Source: Candidatus Heimdallarchaeota archaeon
GTDB taxonomy: Archaea; Asgardarchaeota; Heimdallarchaeia; Heimdallarchaeales; Kariarchaeaceae
DNA: 64,000 nucleotides
Direction: 5' to 3'
Assembly (NCBI GenBank): GCA_015523565.1
Contig: WAKA01000232.1
Coordinates: forward strand, 1-64,000
Positions within the stretch are counted from its first letter, which is position 1. Every line of letters starts with the position of its first letter. The notes below the pieces were generated by a model. It ran no database searches. It saw only the letters and a list, made by a program, of their open reading frames with translations, and was not told the DNA's origin. A program made the position numbers and the translations under genes. Below are positions 38,039 to 49,036 of the stretch, one piece after another.

Positions 38039-39577
38039 TCATGAACCAATTGCTTTCAATTTTGAAAATTCTGCCATTACATTTGCAAGCATGTCATCTG
38101 GACCCACACTCAATGAAATTACGTCCAAGCCCCTTAAAAGCTTGAACAATTCTGTCCTTTGTGAAATCAATCCCTCTTGAATTGCCTCACCAATCACTCT
38201 GTCTGTTGGTGAGAGTTCTGCAACTCTCGTTTCAAACCAAGGTCCAAATGGGGAGATGATCATGACTCGATGCTTGTGGGCTCTTAACTTTCGCATTGCC
38301 TCAATCACTTCATCTTTGTCCATTTCCAAATCTGAGAAAAGAACAAAATAACTCGCTTTTGTCATTCTGGGAATAATGTTTTCCACAACCCCTACGATAT
38401 CTGGTCTGCCTTGTGGTGTAATATTCGCCAATTCCTCAAGAAATTGATACATGAAATTTTGGTTTCCTGATGGTTCCAGAAAAGTACGCATTTCTTTGTC
38501 AAACACAACCAATCCAACAGAATCCTTCTTTTCTAGGGCTAAATATGCCATCAACACAGCTCCACGAATTGAATATTCCAATTTTGTATTTCTTGGCAAT
38601 CCTGCTCCCATTGAGGCAGAGGCATCTATCATTATTATTACCCTAATGTTTTGTTCAGATTCAAATTCCCTGACCATCATCTTTTCCCCACCAGATTTGG
38701 CGACTGATGGCCAATGCACAAATTTCAGAGGGTCTCCAGGTTGATAAACCCTTATTCCAAAGAAGTCTGTGCCAGATCCCTTGATTTTAGTCTTATGGGC
38801 TCCAAACAACACTCCCAGTTGTCTCTTGGATCCAAGCATCTGCAACTTCTTTATGTCCTCATATGAAGGATAAACCAATACTTCCGTCATTTCTGCCAAA
38901 ATTGCTTCTGTTGAAAAAAATCCTTGGCGGTCATGTATGATAACTTTGGTGGGACCAATAAGGAACCTTCCCCGAACTGGAATTCTCAAAACATAAGCAA
39001 AAACCGTTGACTGTTTGCTTGCCAACTGTGTAGCTACAAAATTTTCCCCTAGCGCCAAATCAAAAACCTCAGGGTATGCATCATATACTTCCAATACAGG
39101 GATTTGATTCAATGATTTGTTTTTGATCTTGACTTCAACCAACAAATAGTCTCCTGCAAACACTTTCTCCCTTTCTATCCTTCTGACAAGTTTTACAGAT
39201 TTATAGTCTGCTCCTGCTGCAAAAAACGGGAAGCTGACAACAACAGAAAAGATCAGCATTGATCCAATCATCAAAAAATAAAACACTAATGACGTGTTGA
39301 TAAGCACTAATCTATCCAATATGAACCTGAAAAAAGCTTCCAAGAATGTTATTAACATAATTTGCCCGAATGCTGCATAGCCATTTCCTGATATGTCTTC
39401 ATTTGGTGGATAAAGTTGCCTAATGCTGTCATCTGTAAGGTAATCACTAAGACCTTCTGCCAAAAAAGTGTTTGTGAATATCCCTATTGATTTATATCCT
39501 GCCATGGCTATGCCAATAGCAATAAACATCAACCCATTGAAGACTATGAGTCCGCCTCTTTTCGTGAAAACCGTCAT
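38039..39577 (-). CDS. DUF58 / vWA protein with N-terminal TM helices
   Basis: GTDFFGIRVYQPGD, HW, VREFE, DASASM (MIDAS) and FSD. Confidence 0.9.
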   Translation of the reverse strand: MTVFTKRGGLIVFNGLMFIAIGIAMAGYKSIGIFTNTFLAEGLSDYLTDDSIRQLYPPNEDISGNGYAAFGQIMLITFLEAFFRFILDRLVLINTSLVFYFLMIGSMLIFSVVVSFPFFAAGADYKSVKLVRRIEREKVFAGDYLLVEVKIKNKSLNQIPVLEVYDAYPEVFDLALGENFVATQLASKQSTVFAYVLRIPVRGRFLIGPTKVIIHDRQGFFSTEAILAEMTEVLVYPSYEDIKKLQMLGSKRQLGVLFGAHKTKIKGSGTDFFGIRVYQPGDPLKFVHWPSVAKSGGEKMMVREFESEQNIRVIIMIDASASMGAGLPRNTKLEYSIRGAVLMAYLALEKKDSVGLVVFDKEMRTFLEPSGNQNFMYQFLEELANITPQGRPDIVGVVENIIPRMTKASYFVLFSDLEMDKDEVIEAMRKLRAHKHRVMIISPFGPWFETRVAELSPTDRVIGEAIQEGLISQRTELFKLLRGLDVISLSVGPDDMLANVMAEFSKLKAIGS

Positions 39578-39631
39578 TACTGTTCATTCTTGAAATAAAA
39601 TAGAACTTAAAACTAGCTGAATCTGGATGGC

Positions 39632-40699
39632 TTGTTGATTGAAATTGACCAATATAATTCAATTTTTATGCTAAAGCTCTATCCTACGGTTAATAAACTA
39701 ATTTTCAACATCTGTTTTGTGGTAAAGGAAATTTTAATTGGATATGGAAACATGGGACGGCTCCATGCACGTGTCATGAACAAACTAGGTGTACTGGCGG
39801 CTATTATTGAACCTGACAAGAAATCCGCAATTAACGCATCTGAGGATTATGATGTTCCTGTTTATTCTTCTATAGAGGAAATGCCTGATAGTTTAAATCC
39901 TGATGGTGCAATAATTGCAGTTCCAACAAAATATCACAAATCCGTTGTTGAAAATTTACTCACAAGCATTTCTGGTTTAAAGGGAATTCTTTTGGAAAAA
40001 CCTATTGCATCGACCCTCGACGAATCATATGAGGTTCAGAAGTTTATTGAAAAATATGGTATCCCCATTTTAGTTGGTCATATCGAAGTATTCAATCCTG
40101 TTGTGTCAAAATTCATTGAGTTAGTTAATTCAGGACAATTTGGAAAAATTCGAACGATCTCAATCAGCAGAAAAGGTGCTGTACCTGTTGAACGTTTAAA
40201 TTCCCTTTCTGGAGTACTTGAGGACTTGGGTGTCCATGACTTTGATATACTTACAAGGTTGATATCTGGAAATATTTCCATATATTCAACAGGTATTTAC
40301 AAAAACAATTCGTTGAATTCCGCTTTAATTTCTGTAAAAGGTTCTGATTTCCACGGAATTATTCATCTCTCTCGTGAATTTGCAGGCAAGGAAAGAAAAA
40401 TCGTCTTGGAATGTGAAAAATCAACTTTCCACATTGACCTTATTGCACAGACAATAGAAATCAGAGCTTTAGGCAACATTACAAGTGACAAAGGAATGAT
40501 TTCAATTCCACATGGTCCTGGTTCTTCAATCAAAGTTTATGGAGAACCCTTGTTGGAAGAGCACCTCAATTTTTTAGACACGCTTCAGTCCAAATCCAAA
40601 CCATTGGTGGGAATTGCCAATGGCATCAAAGTAATGAAAATTGTCGAGGCATGCAAACAATCATTGGAAAAAAATTGTCCTATTGAAATTTCTCTTTGA
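39632..40699 (+). CDS. Gfo/Idh/MocA oxidoreductase (NDP-sugar dehydrogenase-like); true start probably downstream
   Basis: IGYGNMG, EKP, VGHIE-FNP and DLGVHDFD. Confidence 0.88.
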   Translation: MLIEIDQYNSIFMLKLYPTVNKLIFNICFVVKEILIGYGNMGRLHARVMNKLGVLAAIIEPDKKSAINASEDYDVPVYSSIEEMPDSLNPDGAIIAVPTKYHKSVVENLLTSISGLKGILLEKPIASTLDESYEVQKFIEKYGIPILVGHIEVFNPVVSKFIELVNSGQFGKIRTISISRKGAVPVERLNSLSGVLEDLGVHDFDILTRLISGNISIYSTGIYKNNSLNSALISVKGSDFHGIIHLSREFAGKERKIVLECEKSTFHIDLIAQTIEIRALGNITSDKGMISIPHGPGSSIKVYGEPLLEEHLNFLDTLQSKSKPLVGIANGIKVMKIVEACKQSLEKNCPIEISL

Positions 40700-41123
40700 A
40701 AAATAGCTTGTCTGAATATTTATCCCCCCATTTTCTCAACTCTTCCAGCACTGGTTGCAAATCTTTTGCCATAGGGGTGGCATGATAAAGGATTTCGACT
40801 GGCTCTAGATCCTTGAGAATAACCTCCCTTTCCACTAAATTTGATTCTTGAAGCCGTTTCAAAACTCTTGAAAGTGAAGCGGGTGTAATTTCCCCCTCAA
40901 TTCCCATGGAAATCAATTTTTTTAATTCTTGAAAGTGTTTGGGTCCTGTAATTAAGTTTGATATGATTATCAAGTCCCATTTTGAACTTAGCAATAACGA
41001 TGCCATTGCCAAAGGGCAATAATCGGTTTTTTCCTCAATTTGTGCCATATAACGTTCTACCTTGTTAAATTCTACACTTTCATGTTTTAATAGCTTTCTT
41101 TGTATCAATAAATAATTTACCAA
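40680..41123 (-). CDS. HxlR-family winged-helix regulator
   Basis: CP...LL..KW..II..L..G..F.EL...I....LS..L..L....LV.R...P....Y...W pattern. Confidence 0.88.
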   Translation of the reverse strand: MVNYLLIQRKLLKHESVEFNKVERYMAQIEEKTDYCPLAMASLLLSSKWDLIIISNLITGPKHFQELKKLISMGIEGEITPASLSRVLKRLQESNLVEREVILKDLEPVEILYHATPMAKDLQPVLEELRKWGDKYSDKLFFKEKFQ

Positions 41124-42028
41124 AACTCCTTTTGTTTTGCTCTTTTCATTCCAAATAAAATTCCAATGATTAAAATTAGTATTGTGTTGATCAATGTTGC
41201 AACCTCATTGAAGTTGTAGATCTCACGTTTAACCAGAAATCCTGGAAATGCATCGTCATATCCAATTAGCATCCGAACAATAAAATTAATTGATAGATAC
41301 AACGGTTCAATTCGGTTGTCTATCAAATCAATCAAAATCTGTTCAATGAGGATTCCAAATCCAATGAACAAGTTTGCCAATAAGGGTCTTCTCAATAGCA
41401 TTCCTGTTGTAACAAATACAATTCCTAAGGTGGAAACAAGAATGAAAAGTCCAACAACAAAAATAAGCCAATTATAGGTTGAAATCAATAAATATGACAT
41501 CAATGTGTCTCCCTTTCCTGCATAATCAAACTCTGCATCAAAAATAAAACTTGCCAATACAGCAGTCCAAAAAGATACTGTAAGTGCAGGCATGGTAACT
41601 GCAAGTGCCATCCTTAAGTATGCCAAATATTTTTGGATGAAAATATAGTCTCTAGGCAATGGTTTCGTCATGATATAGGAAATTGTGTCTTCATTTATTT
41701 CATCCCGATACATGTTAGTGCCCAATATTAATGCGGCCATTGTATAAAAATATGGAAATGCCGCATTAAACTGCACTTTCATCATTCTCTTATAAAAATT
41801 CCCTCCTGTCAAATCTCTTCTTTCAATTTGCAAAAATCCCCATCTGTTATCATATATGCCATAAAAATAAATGATGAGTTGAACCAAATATGGCAGCAAC
41901 ATTCCAAGCAAAAGAAACAATGTTGTTTTATTGACTGTTTTAGCCTTTACTGACAATGAATATACTGGTCTTGTCCTCCGAAAGTTTTCTTTGAATTCAC
42001 TGAACGTGATCATGCAATATACCTCCAA
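41117..42028 (-). CDS. ABC-2 type permease
   Basis: EINEDTISYIMTKPLPR....QKY signature; 6 TM helices. Confidence 0.85.
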   Translation of the reverse strand: MEVYCMITFSEFKENFRRTRPVYSLSVKAKTVNKTTLFLLLGMLLPYLVQLIIYFYGIYDNRWGFLQIERRDLTGGNFYKRMMKVQFNAAFPYFYTMAALILGTNMYRDEINEDTISYIMTKPLPRDYIFIQKYLAYLRMALAVTMPALTVSFWTAVLASFIFDAEFDYAGKGDTLMSYLLISTYNWLIFVVGLFILVSTLGIVFVTTGMLLRRPLLANLFIGFGILIEQILIDLIDNRIEPLYLSINFIVRMLIGYDDAFPGFLVKREIYNFNEVATLINTILILIIGILFGMKRAKQKEFW

Positions 42029-42954
42029 CTTGCTGAATCCCTTTTCTTCAACAATTGGTAAATCGATGAAAGGTCACCATCCACAGAGTAGAATTCTGTG
42101 ATCTCAATGGATTTTTCCTGTTGAAGATCAAGGAGCATTTTTTCAAAATTTCTTCTCTTTCGGACAGCTACCTCTATTTTATTTTCATCAACTCGTTTTA
42201 ATTCATCCACTTCTGAAACAATAAATGAAACCAATTGGGAAATATTCGGTGAGGAAATCACTAAATGTTGGGGAATGTCACTTAAAGCTAAACGTATGCC
42301 ATGTATTGTCCCCTCCGCTACCAACTTCCCATTTTCCAAAACCAAAACCCAAGAACTTAGGCGTTCCAGTTCATGTAAAACATGGGATGACAATATTATA
42401 GATTTTCCTTCTTCCTTTTGCAACCTTCTGAAGGTCTCCGCAATTGTGTATCTTCCCAGAGGGTCTGTGCCAGACATCGGTTCATCCACAAAAATTATGT
42501 CTGGATTGTTCAAGAGTGCCTGACCTATTTTTATTCTCTGTCGCATCCCCCTTGAATACCCTGCAATTCTTCTGTCTTTTGCTTCCCTAAGGTTCATTAG
42601 TTCAAGGATCTCCATTTTTCTGGTTTCCAGTTCCTTTGGTTCCATTTGATAGAACTTCCCATTCCAATCCAAGAATTCCTCTCCAGTCATCCAATTGTAT
42701 AATTTATCTTTCTCTGTTGCATAACCTATTCTTGAAAGATACCCTAGATTTCCCCAAATTGGTTCATCATTTACAGTTACAGTTCCTAAGTCTGGTTTTA
42801 GGAGAGCCACGCACATTTTCAAAGTTGTTGTTTTCCCTGCACCATTTGAACCAACCAGTCCTGTGATTCCCTTTGGTATGCTAAATGTTACATCATTCAA
42901 CCCTACAACCTCCCCATAGAATTTACTTACACTGTCAAATGAAATTCCAGTCAT
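42010..42954 (-). CDS. ABC transporter ATP-binding protein
   Basis: GSNGAGKT, YSRGMRQR, DEP and SSH. Confidence 0.95.
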   Translation of the reverse strand: MTGISFDSVSKFYGEVVGLNDVTFSIPKGITGLVGSNGAGKTTTLKMCVALLKPDLGTVTVNDEPIWGNLGYLSRIGYATEKDKLYNWMTGEEFLDWNGKFYQMEPKELETRKMEILELMNLREAKDRRIAGYSRGMRQRIKIGQALLNNPDIIFVDEPMSGTDPLGRYTIAETFRRLQKEEGKSIILSSHVLHELERLSSWVLVLENGKLVAEGTIHGIRLALSDIPQHLVISSPNISQLVSFIVSEVDELKRVDENKIEVAVRKRRNFEKMLLDLQQEKSIEITEFYSVDGDLSSIYQLLKKRDSASWRYIA

Positions 42955-42955
42955 C

Positions 42956-43858
42956 TCAATCCCTCCTTAAAAATTGAAGACGCTTATACGTCAAAAACAA
43001 TGACAGCAATGCATATAGGATGACCATTCCAACTGCATAGGGTACTAAATCTGGGCTCTCTTTTTCCAATGTCGGAAACTGACCTGTTGAAATCACCTCT
43101 CTTGTGAAAAAATTGGTAAACACTATGTACATCGATGTTAATGGGCTTAGCAATCGGAAAGGTTCAAATCCTGTTGTGTCATATAGGATTCCGTCGAAAA
43201 TCACTGAAGAGGCAATTAAATAAACAATAAACAGTACTCCTGCATTGATCGACTTCTTTGTATATGCCGAAAAAAGCAAAATGACAGAGGAATAAAGAAA
43301 AACAATGAAAATTGTGAATAAAACTAATTTGGATAGGATGACAAAGTACTGACCAATCAAGTTCCAATTGAAAGGGAATATTGGAAGGCCCCGTTTGTAA
43401 ATTGCTACAATGAAGTATGCGAATGCAACCAATGGAAGACCAAGGAATGTCAGGACTATACTTGCAATGACTTTTGAAATAAAATATGTCTTCAATTTCA
43501 TCTTGGTCAAATATAGGTTAAAGGTATTATCCCCAAGGTCTGTGGCAATCAATCCAGAATTGATGATTGCAACATGCAACCAAATCAAGGAACCTGGTCC
43601 CTCTCTCGGAGTCAAGAAAAAGGAAGAAAAAAACTCCAGATTGGTCACAAAATCATCTTCTGGAAGAATCAGCAGGGCTGGGAGTGATGTTAGGGCAATG
43701 AAAAGAAAGAATGCGGCAAATATCAATGGAATTTTGCTCCATTTACCGCTAATTGACTTGCCAATCTCAAATCGAGTCATTATCTTTGCATTATCCATAA
43801 AAGCCCTTTCCACTTTTTCTTCTCTTAAAGGTCTGTATCTGCTTTCATAAACGCTCAT
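42956..43858 (-). CDS. ABC-2 type permease
   Basis: IATDLGDNTFNLYLTK...YFISK; multiple TM helices. Confidence 0.85.
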   Translation of the reverse strand: MSVYESRYRPLREEKVERAFMDNAKIMTRFEIGKSISGKWSKIPLIFAAFFLFIALTSLPALLILPEDDFVTNLEFFSSFFLTPREGPGSLIWLHVAIINSGLIATDLGDNTFNLYLTKMKLKTYFISKVIASIVLTFLGLPLVAFAYFIVAIYKRGLPIFPFNWNLIGQYFVILSKLVLFTIFIVFLYSSVILLFSAYTKKSINAGVLFIVYLIASSVIFDGILYDTTGFEPFRLLSPLTSMYIVFTNFFTREVISTGQFPTLEKESPDLVPYAVGMVILYALLSLFLTYKRLQFLRRD

Positions 43859-44790
43859 GCTTTGACCTCCTCTTTTATCCGATCCACAAAAAGATTTTCC
43901 AAACTGACTTCCTCATCCCTGAATTCAATAAGTGTCGCCCCATTTTGTTCAGCAATTTCATGGGCAAAACTAAACGACAGTTTCTCATGCGTCCTTACAA
44001 AAAAGGCGTTTTCCTGCCTCCAGTCTTTAATGACCTTCATTCCATGTTCAATAAAATCTCTCGTGACCTTTTCTACATTTGTTGAAACAACAATTCGTTT
44101 GCCTTTTTTCGCATCTTTAATGATCTGAGATGACGAGCCTTCATAAAGTACTTTCCCTAAATGAAGAATGATAACATTATGGCAGATCTTTTCAACGTCA
44201 GGCAGGATATGTGTTGAGAACAATATTGATTTACCATATTCCTTGCTTATCTCTGAAATTAGTTGAAGCATTTCACTTCGTCCCTCTGGAGACAACCCCG
44301 TTGTTGGTTCATCCAAAATCAAAAACTCAGGATCATGTACAAGTGCCTGTGCAAAAAGAATTCTTTGTTTCATCCCTGTAGAATAGCCTTTGATTTCCCT
44401 ATACCTCTCCTCAAAAATGCCAACATAATCAAGAACTTCATGAGCCCTTTGCAAGGCCAAATTATATGAAAGACCACTAATCATCCCTATGTGCCTGATG
44501 AACTTGACTGCATTCACACCAGAAATCAATGAAGGGGTTTCTGGCATATAGCCTACTCTCATTAGCTTTTTTCCAATTGATTCATTGATTCCTGGAAAAA
44601 GCTCGATTTTTCCACTTGTAGGTGTAAGTAACCCTAATATCAATTTGATTAAGGTAGATTTGCCACTCCCATTCGGTCCCAATAAGGCAGTGGCCCCGTT
44701 TTTTATATCCAAATCAATATCGTCCAAAGCTGTAATTTCCATTTTTTGCTCATAAAATCTCTTTGTTAGCCTTTTGGCTTTTACAATCAC
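43855..44790 (-). CDS. ABC transporter ATP-binding protein
   Basis: GPNGSGKS, YSTGMKQR, DEPTTGL and STH. Confidence 0.95.
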   Translation of the reverse strand: MIVKAKRLTKRFYEQKMEITALDDIDLDIKNGATALLGPNGSGKSTLIKLILGLLTPTSGKIELFPGINESIGKKLMRVGYMPETPSLISGVNAVKFIRHIGMISGLSYNLALQRAHEVLDYVGIFEERYREIKGYSTGMKQRILFAQALVHDPEFLILDEPTTGLSPEGRSEMLQLISEISKEYGKSILFSTHILPDVEKICHNVIILHLGKVLYEGSSSQIIKDAKKGKRIVVSTNVEKVTRDFIEHGMKVIKDWRQENAFFVRTHEKLSFSFAHEIAEQNGATLIEFRDEEVSLENLFVDRIKEEVKA

Positions 44791-44953
44791 AAATGACAGA
44801 CGGATATCCGATATATAAATTGGCGCTAATTGGTAAATCCGTTTTATTTATTATGTCAATTGTTTTCTGTTTGTTTTTTCTACTATTTCTAAATCATATA
44901 GACGAATATATGCCTCATCAATACTGTTTAAATATTCAATATCAAAACAATAC

Positions 44954-45376
44954 TTGCCTGTTATGGAGGTATTTGTTATGGTTTACGAAGAAATATTTCT
45001 AGTTGGAAGAATTATTTCAGGTCTAATGCTCTTTATGTTTGGCCTGAACCACTTTATGAAATTCGAGATGATGACTCAATATGCCGCATCCAAAAATGTC
45101 CCTGCTCCAAAAGTCGCTGTAGCTTTTACTGGGTTGCTTCTTTGGATTGGTGCTTTCAGTATCCTGTTTGGAGCTTTTCCAATAATTGGACTTGGTGCTC
45201 TTGTCCTGTTTTTTTTGGGTGTAACTCCACTAATGCACAATTTTTGGGCATTGGATGATGAGCAGATGAAAATGAACGAAATGGTTCAATTCATGAAAAA
45301 TATGGTTATTTTAGGACTTGTTCTTTCTCTTTTCATTTTTGCTAATTCTGAATGGCCCTATGCTTTAAATCCATAA
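44954..45376 (+). CDS. DoxX-family membrane protein
   Basis: GR....F...G.NHF, HNFW and FMKN motifs. Confidence 0.9.
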   Translation: MPVMEVFVMVYEEIFLVGRIISGLMLFMFGLNHFMKFEMMTQYAASKNVPAPKVAVAFTGLLLWIGAFSILFGAFPIIGLGALVLFFLGVTPLMHNFWALDDEQMKMNEMVQFMKNMVILGLVLSLFIFANSEWPYALNP

Positions 45377-45424
45377 TGGATTTCCCTAGAAAGATTAATT
45401 ACTTCAATAATAATTGGAAATCAG

Positions 45425-46348
45425 ATGAGAATTCTGGTTCTCTCAGATTTGCATGGCATGGTTCCCAAGATCGGTTCCGTAATCAAAAATGAGAAACCAG
45501 AGATTATTGTGTTGTCTGGAGATATTGTACAGACATTGGACTTCCCTTCATTGGTCTATTCCTATGTCATTAAAGGTGGTTCAAGAAAAGAATATATACA
45601 TTACTTGAAAACAAAATTTCTGGACCGATATACCCAGTTGCAGATTTTGAGTGCAAAATCAATTATTAGACAACTTACAGTCCATGAAATCCCAATTCTT
45701 GCAATTCCTGGAAACGTCGAGACTCCTGGCGTTCGAGAATGGATGAAAATCCAATCCGATATAAATCCTTATTTTATTTGGTTACAAGAGAAATCATTGG
45801 TTATTGATGATATCCAATTTTTTGGTTTTGGATTTGTCACTGATTCTTCTAACAGCAAAAGAGCTCGTTCTTTTGGAGAAATTGCTCCCTTGCCAGCTTA
45901 CAAGAAGCTGAATAAATTGAGTCGACAGGTAATTGATGATATGGGATCAAAAATTCTCATATCACATTCTCCTCCTTACCTGACTAAACTTGATTATGTC
46001 CCTACAAAGAAAATTCACGTGGGAAGTAAACCAATACGCTATTTTATTGAAAATGCAGAAATTGATGTGGTCATATGCGGTCATATCCACGAATCAAGGG
46101 GTATTCATAGAGAGAAAAAATGGTGGGGAATTAATTCAGGGGCCGCCATTGAAGGATCAATTTCGTTAATAGATACCTCAAAAACAACTGTCAAATGGAT
46201 TCGGGATTTTAGGTCAAAATTTTCATTGACATCGCTTATCTATAAAGTCAGGAGTAAACTTCGATATGATGAACCATTTAAAAACAAATTAAATTACCGT
46301 CTCTTAAAGGATCCCAGTCGCATTCCCAGTACAAAAAACAGTGGATAG
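45425..46348 (+). CDS. Calcineurin-like metallophosphoesterase (Icc-related)
   Basis: SDLHG, SGD, PGN, SHSPP and CGHIHE. Confidence 0.9.
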   Translation: MRILVLSDLHGMVPKIGSVIKNEKPEIIVLSGDIVQTLDFPSLVYSYVIKGGSRKEYIHYLKTKFLDRYTQLQILSAKSIIRQLTVHEIPILAIPGNVETPGVREWMKIQSDINPYFIWLQEKSLVIDDIQFFGFGFVTDSSNSKRARSFGEIAPLPAYKKLNKLSRQVIDDMGSKILISHSPPYLTKLDYVPTKKIHVGSKPIRYFIENAEIDVVICGHIHESRGIHREKKWWGINSGAAIEGSISLIDTSKTTVKWIRDFRSKFSLTSLIYKVRSKLRYDEPFKNKLNYRLLKDPSRIPSTKNSG

Positions 46349-46752
46349 AATATGTCTATGAGCCTTAAGGTCTCGATTTGAATGTTTTCTTGGTCATCCA
46401 TCAATATTCTGATGTACAATATGACTGCCAAAGTGAAAAATAAAAACATTTCAAGAATGAAAAGATCATTGAATAGCATCCATTTCCAACCAGCATTTGA
46501 TTTTTTTATCTCGTCCTCATTCATTAAAAATGATTTGTAATCAGAAAGCCTAACTCCAAGAAATGATGCTAATATCCCTGCAAAAACAAAAGCCAAGACT
46601 ATTTTCATTTTAAACGCAAGTTCATACTCCAACCAAAGATAATTTTTGGAAAAGTTAAGCAAAAACCATTTTGTAGGTACAAAATAGGCAATTGCAAGTG
46701 ATAAAATCAAGGAAATGAAAATTGGCATAATTTGGTTTTTAAACTTGCTCAC
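46294..46752 (-). CDS. Hypothetical membrane protein (about 4 TM) downstream of oxidase subunit I
   Basis: Hydrophobic helices; same strand as, and 49 nt from, subunit I. Confidence 0.65.
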   Translation of the reverse strand: MSKFKNQIMPIFISLILSLAIAYFVPTKWFLLNFSKNYLWLEYELAFKMKIVLAFVFAGILASFLGVRLSDYKSFLMNEDEIKKSNAGWKWMLFNDLFILEMFLFFTLAVILYIRILMDDQENIQIETLRLIDIFYPLFFVLGMRLGSFKRR

Positions 46753-46801
46753 ATCAAAAATTCAAATTCTTTTCTTTTTATACTTATTGAAATCCTTCTG
46801 T

Positions 46802-48295
46802 CTAACTTGCAGACGCTGTAGCTGCGGGTGCCGCTTTTGACTTTCCAAATGCCGCTGAAAATGCAACATATACATTGATCCAAATTCCAATGACGGCTAT
46901 AATCATGAATGGAATACTGAGGTAAGTCAACAAAGTGAGGTTTTCTGGTGTTGAGGCATATGATCTTCTAATTCCTCCCCAAAGTCCTTGAATGAACCAA
47001 AAGTGTGTAAATCCTAATGCACCAATGACATATGTCCAAAGGGCTTTGGATGCAAGATTCTTATTGAAATCTCCTTCCGTGTAATCTGTGATAAGGTGAT
47101 ACCCCATACCAAAAATCATTGTGGACAATGCAAGTAGAGCCATAACATGGAAATGGGCTACAACCCATAATGTGTTATGGATGTGTATGTTTAGTGAAAT
47201 AGTTGCATTGACCCATCCTGACATTCCTGCAAGCAACCAAAAGGCCAATGATGTAAACATGTATTGAGATGCAACACCCCAATGAAAATCAGAAATGAAA
47301 ATTGTTGCCGTAATTGAAAAAATTGAAATTAGGGAGGGGATAATGATCGCATAAGTGCCCAATTGGGACCAAACATGGATCCAAGGTGCTTGTGCCATGT
47401 CATTGTATACATGGTGAGCTCCTATAAAGTTTTGAACAATTGTCGCTAAAGCCCATGCAAGTTTTGCATATCTCTCACCAATTAGTTTCATCCCTGCATA
47501 CACTTCTGTGACATAATAAAAGAAACCGACAACTGGGAAAAGAATTAGGTAGACAACAGGATGACCAAACCACCAGAGCATATTCTTTGCCAATAACGCA
47601 TCCATGCGTGTATTTATCAATCCTATAAGTTCTAGGAATTGATAAATCAATAAAATTGCAAATGGTATGGTGGCAACAATCATCCCCAAACCAATTACTG
47701 CAAATGGAACAGCTGGCAATGGCACTCTGTTTTCCATTTCGTCAAAATCTTTCTTGAAGGATTCAAATCCTAATGCTGCCCAGAATCCATATCCTGCTTT
47801 TCTGATTGTCAAAAGGATCTCTAGCCCATAAAGAATGATTCCGACACCTGCCAAAATAACTCCCAATGTCCAAACAGTTGCCGCCCATGTGTCCCAATAG
47901 CCATAAAATGCAATGGGATAGAGGAACACCCAAGATCCTCCAAAATTTCCAAATAGGACACTCACAACCAATAAGACAAATCCTGTTGCAAAAAGCCAAT
48001 AAATAAACTTAACAAGCTTCGGACTATGAAGTGGAGAATCAAGTGTCTTAACAAGGACATACCATGTCAATCCGATTGATGTAAAACATCCCCATCCAAC
48101 AAATGCCGCCATCCCATGCAATGTCATGAGGGAATAATAGAGTTTGGGGACATTACCCAACATTCCTGTTTGGCTTATTCTTGTCAATAAACCAAGCAAA
48201 ACGGCAATTGCCAAGACTAACCCGCCTGTTATGAAATACCCAAGCGAAATATCTTTAGCTTCTTCAATATGCTTTTTTTCACTCATTTCAATCAC
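46802..48295 (-). CDS. Heme-copper oxidase subunit I, B-family (ba3-like)
   Basis: TLHG, WWFGHPVVY (cross-link Tyr, no A-family Glu), GAHH, HNTLWVVAHFH and RR; 12 TM helices. Confidence 0.92.
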   Translation of the reverse strand: MIEMSEKKHIEEAKDISLGYFITGGLVLAIAVLLGLLTRISQTGMLGNVPKLYYSLMTLHGMAAFVGWGCFTSIGLTWYVLVKTLDSPLHSPKLVKFIYWLFATGFVLLVVSVLFGNFGGSWVFLYPIAFYGYWDTWAATVWTLGVILAGVGIILYGLEILLTIRKAGYGFWAALGFESFKKDFDEMENRVPLPAVPFAVIGLGMIVATIPFAILLIYQFLELIGLINTRMDALLAKNMLWWFGHPVVYLILFPVVGFFYYVTEVYAGMKLIGERYAKLAWALATIVQNFIGAHHVYNDMAQAPWIHVWSQLGTYAIIIPSLISIFSITATIFISDFHWGVASQYMFTSLAFWLLAGMSGWVNATISLNIHIHNTLWVVAHFHVMALLALSTMIFGMGYHLITDYTEGDFNKNLASKALWTYVIGALGFTHFWFIQGLWGGIRRSYASTPENLTLLTYLSIPFMIIAVIGIWINVYVAFSAAFGKSKAAPAATASAS

Positions 48296-49036
48296 CTATA
48301 CTACTTGAATATATGACACCATCACTTGGTGACCTGCTCCACAATATTCCATGCATAAAACCTTGTAGATGCCTGGTTTTTCAAATTGAAAATAATAGTA
48401 GTTGTCATAACCTGGTACAATTTGATTTTGACCTAACAACACGCCATCTGGAGAATATAATCCAAATCCATGAGTGGTGTCTGTTGTCTTCATGGAAAAT
48501 AAATACATTACATTTGTCTTGAGAACAACTTCTGGATTATCTTTTGAAAATGATTGGACATAGGTTCCATTGTTGTTCACATCAAATTCAAAATAAAATT
48601 GATGCGCTAATATGTTTACCTGTTTATCAAATGGTTGGTCATTAGTGTGGTTATGGAACTGTTCCACTTCATCTCCTCCAATATATGGGATTGCAAAGGA
48701 GAGTATCAGGAGAAGTACCAATAGTGCTGCAACCAATTGAAAGTATTTCGGTTCAAATGCCTCAATCTTTTTCTTTGTGTCTTCGCTGGCTGGTTGCGTT
48801 GCTTTCATTGACAACCTAATGTAGAATATCGCCCAAAATGAAAGCCATAAGAATTCCAAGCCAATGAGGAATAGTCTTACAATTGTAAATGTGCTTTCAT
48901 CCAAATTCGCGGCAATTGCATTTTGGCTTCCTGGACTTATCTTGGTAGATCCTGTAAACAGGAATCTTAATAGCAAGATAACCCCCACTCCTCCAAACGC
49001 AATCAGAAACATTTTCACTTGCTTTAAAAATGACAT
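48296..49036 (-). CDS. Heme-copper oxidase subunit II (CuA)
   Basis: N-terminal TM helices; DTTHGF ... CMEYCGAGHQVM is a canonical CuA motif. Confidence 0.92.
   Translation of the reverse strand: MSFLKQVKMFLIAFGGVGVILLLRFLFTGSTKISPGSQNAIAANLDESTFTIVRLFLIGLEFLWLSFWAIFYIRLSMKATQPASEDTKKKIEAFEPKYFQLVAALLVLLLILSFAIPYIGGDEVEQFHNHTNDQPFDKQVNILAHQFYFEFDVNNNGTYVQSFSKDNPEVVLKTNVMYLFSMKTTDTTHGFGLYSPDGVLLGQNQIVPGYDNYYYFQFEKPGIYKVLCMEYCGAGHQVMVSYIQVV

Noticed and set aside
46802-48295. Nitric oxide reductase call
   Set aside because: The active-site HPVVY Tyr is present and NOR-type substitutions at this position are absent.
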